Source of the DNA: an uncultured virus (IMG/VR IMGVR_UViG_3300028591_000186)
Lineage: Duplodnaviria; Heunggongvirae; Uroviricota; Caudoviricetes
Length of the DNA stretch: 20,000 bases
Virus record (IMG/VR): IMGVR_UViG_3300028591_000186
Reading direction: 5' to 3' (one strand)
Part shown: positions 15,571 through 20,000 of the stretch, piece after piece
How the letters are laid out: each line of letters begins with the position of its first letter
How positions within the stretch are numbered: the first letter of the stretch is position 1
Program-made: the position numbers and the translations under genes
Notes under the pieces: generated by a model
Seen by the model: the letters and a program-made list of their open reading frames with translations, nothing else
The model's database searches: none
Told to the model about the DNA's origin: nothing

Positions 15571-16332
15571 TTAATCTTCCTTTTTCTTTCCTAATCCACC
15601 ATATCTGCCACGTTTTGATGGCTGATTAAATAGAATAGGTTTCATTGTAACTGTAGGTTTTGATTCTGTTGTCTGAGCAAATTTTACAGAACCAGACTTA
15701 GCTGCATTCAACAGAATCTCATCAGCTTTAGCTCTGACTTCATCGACACTGAAATTAAAATGAGAATCTTGTTTCTTAAATTCAACAAATTCTTCAGAAT
15801 CAGCAATAGAAGAGTAAACTTCGCTATTAAGTATCTCCATTTTTTCCGGCTCAGCCTTAAACTTGCCAAGCTCCTCAGATATAGAAGAATAATTTGACCT
15901 CATCTCATTAAGAGAATCAAGTTCTGAATCTGTAAGATATTCAACATTTACATGAACACGCTCGCCATTTAAAGTGATATCATCTCCGTCTTTCTTGTAA
16001 TTTTGAGAGTATTTATTGGATTCATTAAACCATCCTTCGTATATGAAATGATCGTCGTATACAGCAGTTATGCCATACCAATCATTATCTTGCTCCTCGT
16101 AAGGGGTAAGTAAATTATACAAAGCAACACGGATATCCTCGTGAGATATTTCAAAAGTCTTAGTAAATTTCTTTTCCTCAGAAGGAGCACCATCATTAGT
16201 TTCCTTGGACTGCACCACAGTAACTTCCGTCTCTTCAGTGGATTTTTCACCGGAAACTCCTTCGTCCGTCGCAGTTTCATTAACAGCGCCTTCATCTTCT
16301 GAAGTTACTTTACTATTCTCTTCAAAATCCAT
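15571..16332 (-). CDS. Nested in-frame scaffold protein (internal start MDFEEN, 253 aa)
   Basis: Strong RBS GGAAAGGAGGA (16350-16340) 7 nt before an in-frame ATG at 16332, at the domain boundary. Confidence 0.6.
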   Translation of the reverse strand: MDFEENSKVTSEDEGAVNETATDEGVSGEKSTEETEVTVVQSKETNDGAPSEEKKFTKTFEISHEDIRVALYNLLTPYEEQDNDWYGITAVYDDHFIYEGWFNESNKYSQNYKKDGDDITLNGERVHVNVEYLTDSELDSLNEMRSNYSSISEELGKFKAEPEKMEILNSEVYSSIADSEEFVEFKKQDSHFNFSVDEVRAKADEILLNAAKSGSVKFAQTTESKPTVTMKPILFNQPSKRGRYGGLGKKKED

Positions 16333-17136
16333 TTGATTTTCCTCCTTTCCGATAGAATTTATATTATCAAAAGCCTCTTTTATCGAGTCTTGGATAAACT
16401 TTTTTAAATCTTCATTAGTTTCAAATTGAATAGAATTCTTTTCCCGACTAAATTCAACCATATCTGCTCTGGAACCTAACATTCCTTCACCTATAGGAGT
16501 CCCATCATCTTTAGAACCAAGTAAAGTAGAAGCGGATAGATAAAACTTCTTCAAATCTAAATATTTATCTTTAGCATTGAAAGCCATATTTTCAATAACT
16601 AATTCACAGCTATTTTTACTTCCGCCATCTTTTTGACGAAGAATGTCTGCGGCTTTAGTATATTCTTCAGCTATGTATCCATAAGCGCAAAGATAATCTT
16701 TATTCAGTTCATCGTCATGTTCCCAAAAAGGCGATTCAGAAGAAAAAGAACCTACTTGCTTTTCTATATAATTAATTTCTTCTTCACCATCTTCATTTTC
16801 TATTTTTTCCATCTCATGACCTTCAAAATCCCAGGATCCATCATCTAACTGATGAATAGCAGCTAAAATAGGTCTATCAGCAATAGTAGGAGCAGCATCA
16901 TTTGCTGCATCCTCAGAAACAAAGGTTCTGTTCCTGTTAAGCCCAGTATGAAAAATCCTAAACTTTAACCGTACCATTCCACGATGACTATCATTGTCAT
17001 CATCATCTATTTCAAATGTTGTTGGAACTTGTACAGCTAAAGGGTATCCAGACTGTTTAGAACTAAATCTAACTACTTTTTGATCCTGACAGAAACGCAC
17101 GAGATCATCGATTGTAAGTAATTTACGTTTCGCCAT
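15571..17136 (-). CDS. Prohead protease / scaffold fusion
   Basis: 521 aa. Globular N-domain (FHTGLNRN, FEGHE, SCEL, STLLG, IGEGM) and an acidic, coiled-coil C-terminal half. Lies between portal and capsid. Confidence 0.7.
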   Translation of the reverse strand: MAKRKLLTIDDLVRFCQDQKVVRFSSKQSGYPLAVQVPTTFEIDDDDNDSHRGMVRLKFRIFHTGLNRNRTFVSEDAANDAAPTIADRPILAAIHQLDDGSWDFEGHEMEKIENEDGEEEINYIEKQVGSFSSESPFWEHDDELNKDYLCAYGYIAEEYTKAADILRQKDGGSKNSCELVIENMAFNAKDKYLDLKKFYLSASTLLGSKDDGTPIGEGMLGSRADMVEFSREKNSIQFETNEDLKKFIQDSIKEAFDNINSIGKEENQMDFEENSKVTSEDEGAVNETATDEGVSGEKSTEETEVTVVQSKETNDGAPSEEKKFTKTFEISHEDIRVALYNLLTPYEEQDNDWYGITAVYDDHFIYEGWFNESNKYSQNYKKDGDDITLNGERVHVNVEYLTDSELDSLNEMRSNYSSISEELGKFKAEPEKMEILNSEVYSSIADSEEFVEFKKQDSHFNFSVDEVRAKADEILLNAAKSGSVKFAQTTESKPTVTMKPILFNQPSKRGRYGGLGKKKED

Positions 17137-17151
17137 TATTCTATACCTCTG

Positions 17152-17328
17152 TTACATACACAAAATATCTGTTTTAATTATCTTTTTATTGTCTTCTTCA
17201 GAAAAGTTATATTTACCATCATTAAGAAAAACATAATATTTCCCCTCCTGTGAAACGGCAGTAAAATTATTTCTTCTTAATTCAGCAGCTACTTTCTCGT
17301 CTGAAGTCTTTATAAAATTCTGTCCCAT
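17152..17328 (-). CDS. Small 58-aa phage protein (not in the ORF track)
   Basis: Manual translation gives MGQNFIKTSDEKVAAELRRNNFTAVSQEGKYYVFLNDGKYNFSEEDNKKIIKTDILCM. It fills the 17137-17346 gap and has a purine-rich upstream sequence. Confidence 0.7.
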   Translation of the reverse strand: MGQNFIKTSDEKVAAELRRNNFTAVSQEGKYYVFLNDGKYNFSEEDNKKIIKTDILCM

Positions 17329-17346
17329 CCTTTTAATCCCTTCTAA

Positions 17347-17631
17347 TCACAATTCCTCATTTCCATCTGCGTCATATATGTGAGAACCATCTGAAGAATT
17401 ATCATCAGACTTATTAATATTAGTGTCTATTTCATATTTAACAGGCTCAACAATAATAAAATCTTTCTTCTTATAATCACCATTCAACATATTTTCAACT
17501 TGATTCTCTAGTTCAGACTTATCATCAGTTTCCCAAACCACATAATTACCTTTTGAGTTTTTTACTTTAAGAAACTGATATTTTGAAGAATTATTAGCCG
17601 TCTCTTCGACGACAATCATTATCTTATACAT
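17347..17631 (-). CDS. Phage hypothetical protein
   Basis: 94-aa ORF starting 1 nt after the upstream stop, with RBS GAGGA. Confidence 0.65.
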   Translation of the reverse strand: MYKIMIVVEETANNSSKYQFLKVKNSKGNYVVWETDDKSELENQVENMLNGDYKKKDFIIVEPVKYEIDTNINKSDDNSSDGSHIYDADGNEEL

Positions 17632-17632
17632 T

Positions 17633-17968
17633 TCATTCCTCTTTCTTGGATGACTGCATATTTTCCGCTATGCCAGCAAGTTGTATTGCGGCACCCTTTA
17701 CCTTGTCGTAACCAACTTGACATATAACCCATACAGCTAATACCGAGCCGACAAGACAAATAATATTATTAACCGTCCACGGAATCTCAAGAAGCATATA
17801 TGATGCAGCTGTTCCACCACCACCCACAACGATAGAATTAATAAGAGCGATTACATTCGGAGAACTAGCCTTATTGGCATTCTTATATGCTTGCTTAATT
17901 GCTTCTGTTAAAAGCGAAGATACTATTGATCCCGCTGTTAATATCGATATAAACATTGTAACTGTCAT
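17633..17968 (-). CDS. Holin-like small membrane protein
   Basis: 111 aa with three hydrophobic segments, a GYDKVK motif, a charged C-terminus and RBS GAGGTG. Confidence 0.55.
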   Translation of the reverse strand: MTVTMFISILTAGSIVSSLLTEAIKQAYKNANKASSPNVIALINSIVVGGGGTAASYMLLEIPWTVNNIICLVGSVLAVWVICQVGYDKVKGAAIQLAGIAENMQSSKKEE

Positions 17969-17985
17969 TTCTTTTCACCTCTTAA

Positions 17986-19584
17986 TCATTTGTTTCTGGA
18001 TCTTTCGCCAGACGGTGACAATTCACCTGAATCAACTTCAGGTCTACCTTCACCTACTTCTCCTTTACCAGATTGTGTATAGCTAGAAGCCAACGGATAC
18101 ATCATAAGATCTTGTAAAGTAAGCTCCTGTGACTCTAACATCAATTCAGCCATAGTCTGTCTTTCCGAATATCCAAGCAAAGTTCCATATTCCAATCTAT
18201 ACATAAAACCATGCTGATTTGCTTCTAAAAGATTCTTTCTATAATCTTCCTTGGTATAAATAGTTACCGGAGAATATGAAACATGACTGTAATTATTAAT
18301 GTTTAGCATCAGTTGAAGATTTGTCCATGCTTCAATTTGACAAAGAACATCATTTAATACATAAGCTGACTCCATTTTTAGAGCAGATTTAATCAACTCT
18401 GTATTATTAACAGCTTTCGTGGCGTTAATTAAAGCACCTATTCCACCTGCTCCGCCAAGAATTTGTTGCTGAGAATTTTCTACTCTGTTGACATCCTCAG
18501 ATACATTATCTGAAAATTCTATAGTTTTTAATTCTTCTCCAGGAATAACAGCCGAACTTACCCCTTCCGGAATTGCCTTTTCAGCTGCTATTTCAAAATA
18601 ATCGATGGCCAAATCTGGACTGACCTTCCAATCATCTGAAGCCTTAGCGGAATTAAGTGTGCTCAGCGGGAGATATATCATTTTGTAAAATGACAGAGAG
18701 TCTGCCGAAGCTTGAGAATCGACTAAATCATTTAAATTCGCTAACTGGCTTAAATAAGGTAGAAGAGGAGGAATTATAATATCTTTCAAATCGCTCCTAA
18801 ATTTTAATACCATAGAATACTCAGCTGGTACATGTATATATTTAATCCCTGTTTTTCGATATTCATCCCATAATTCCTTAAGTGGCGATCCAAATACCTC
18901 GATGATATACTGTCTTTGTGCATTACGCCATTTTGACATATCTATAGCAAAACCTAAACAAGTTCCACCATCACAAACGTATTCCGAATCTATTATTGCC
19001 TCAGAAGGGTCTATATTATAAAATAATGTTCCAGTATCATCATGAAAAAATATATTAAAGCTTATATCTTGAATATACATGTTCAATAACGGCCCAGCCA
19101 TATTATTTTTCAAACTTAGTATATTCAAAAAATCTATTGTATCATCAAGACTTTTTAATGCTTTACTATCTAATCCCTTAGAAAATGTATAATTTGGTAT
19201 AACTTTTCTACAATCCAAGCAATACATATCAGAATATAATTTACACATTTTCGCATAAATAGGAGATCGATAATATAGATATCTTGACGCAGCAATTAAA
19301 TTAGAACTTTGGGAATATATATTCCCTGTTAAATAACCACGTATTCTTTCTTTATCCGTTGTTGTCAAAGAAGATGTCGAAGTAGAATTACTTGAAATAT
19401 CTCTTAATGCACGTTTTACTTTTTCTTCTGATGCCTTAGCATAATTCTGTTTTTGTTTATTTTCAATCTGTTTATATTGTTCATTCATAGCTGAAACAGT
19501 TATATTAGGTTTTCCAATATCTCCTGAAACTGTCGCAACCTTATTTTTCGAGGCACTATTAGTGCTCGATTTTACTCGCGGCAT
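17986..19584 (-). CDS. Portal protein
   Basis: 532 aa with RBS AAAGGAGG, the motif SRYLYYRSPIY and a C-terminal SSYTQSG..GRP tail. Lies upstream of the protease and capsid genes. Confidence 0.75.
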   Translation of the reverse strand: MPRVKSSTNSASKNKVATVSGDIGKPNITVSAMNEQYKQIENKQKQNYAKASEEKVKRALRDISSNSTSTSSLTTTDKERIRGYLTGNIYSQSSNLIAASRYLYYRSPIYAKMCKLYSDMYCLDCRKVIPNYTFSKGLDSKALKSLDDTIDFLNILSLKNNMAGPLLNMYIQDISFNIFFHDDTGTLFYNIDPSEAIIDSEYVCDGGTCLGFAIDMSKWRNAQRQYIIEVFGSPLKELWDEYRKTGIKYIHVPAEYSMVLKFRSDLKDIIIPPLLPYLSQLANLNDLVDSQASADSLSFYKMIYLPLSTLNSAKASDDWKVSPDLAIDYFEIAAEKAIPEGVSSAVIPGEELKTIEFSDNVSEDVNRVENSQQQILGGAGGIGALINATKAVNNTELIKSALKMESAYVLNDVLCQIEAWTNLQLMLNINNYSHVSYSPVTIYTKEDYRKNLLEANQHGFMYRLEYGTLLGYSERQTMAELMLESQELTLQDLMMYPLASSYTQSGKGEVGEGRPEVDSGELSPSGERSRNK

Positions 19585-19608
19585 TTATGTGCCTCCTTTC
19601 ATAAATAA

Positions 19609-19866
19609 TCATCCTATTGCTGGAATTATATACCATTCACCATCTTCACTTTCAAAATCAACTTTATTTGGTAAATCTGAAGACATTAATTCAGCTTCAT
19701 GTGTCGTATAATGCAAAATTGTTTCGAAAACAGCTATACATTGATTATATGTGACACCATTATCTGACATAAGATGTGAAATAGTCCTTACCATACTCCA
19801 TACTTTTGCATCATCATCCATAGATTGCATACAAGATGCAATATTTTCCAATTTTTCGTTATTCAT
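19609..19866 (-). CDS. Phage hypothetical protein (85 aa)
   Basis: The ORF track gives 19609-19956. The better start is ATG 19866 (MNNEK) after AAAGGAG. Confidence 0.6.
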   Translation of the reverse strand: MNNEKLENIASCMQSMDDDAKVWSMVRTISHLMSDNGVTYNQCIAVFETILHYTTHEAELMSSDLPNKVDFESEDGEWYIIPAIG

Positions 19867-20000
19867 TTTTTCTACTCCTTTTAATCCCAAAATATTGTAT
19901 AGTATTGGTACGGTACTATACGCCCGCCCACGAGTCCTTGAGGTATTACCTCTCACACTTTGCCACCACAGCTAAATGACTATATATCGTCGTCCTACTC

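Larger units (their letters stand above)
614..19888 (-). repeat. Dispersed motif GGATTAAAAGG (plus strand CCTTTTAATCC)
   Basis: Exact 11-mers start at 614, 2859, 8208, 17329 and 19877. Near-copies start at 4535, 4668 and 13847. All copies found are in one orientation. Confidence 0.7.

Noticed and set aside
1995..16295. Alternative-frame minus-strand ORFs such as 1995-2357, 8608-8829, 9211-9423, 13880-14182, 15078-15281 and 16068-16295
   Set aside because: They are Leu-rich off-frame products of codon bias within longer genes, with no independent initiation signals seen.
17965..17988. TCAT-ttCTTTTCACCTCTTAATC at the holin start resembles the TnpB target TCAT-aataCTTTTCACCTTTTAATC
   Set aside because: The match is 2 nt out of register and mismatched in the TAM-proximal seed. 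The similarity is explained by the shared RBS motif, so self-targeting is unlikely.
19867..19956. N-terminal extension of the 19609-19956 ORF
   Set aside because: A good RBS and ATG at 19866 give a better start, and the extension overlaps hairpin-rich sequence.
1..20000. Stop-codon reassignment or a diversity-generating retroelement
   Set aside because: Genes tile densely under the standard code, and no reverse transcriptase or template/variable repeat pair was seen.

Overview
An AT-rich segment of a large Firmicutes tailed phage or prophage with an SPbeta-like layout. Almost all real genes lie on the minus strand and read right to left. They are: portal, holin-like protein, prohead protease/scaffold, head decoration protein, major capsid, head-tail joining genes and major tail protein, followed by a RuvC-like resolvase, a tyrosine recombinase, a six-gene Cys/Gly/Gln-rich accessory module and the start of a metallophosphoesterase. 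Most structural labels rest on gene order, size and composition rather than on database hits. Two plus-strand units interrupt the operon. The first is a tnpB-only IS200/IS605-family element (6725-8196) with an omegaRNA. It appears to have inserted exactly at the start codon of a phage gene and carries its own outward-facing RBS and promoter. The second is a 56-aa ORF (785-955), absent from the ORF track, with type I toxin-like mRNA architecture. Non-coding signals include three GG-(R)GUCAU-CC loop hairpins, a three-way-junction leader upstream of the recombinase, a strand-specific GGATTAAAAGG motif and several terminators inside the late operon.
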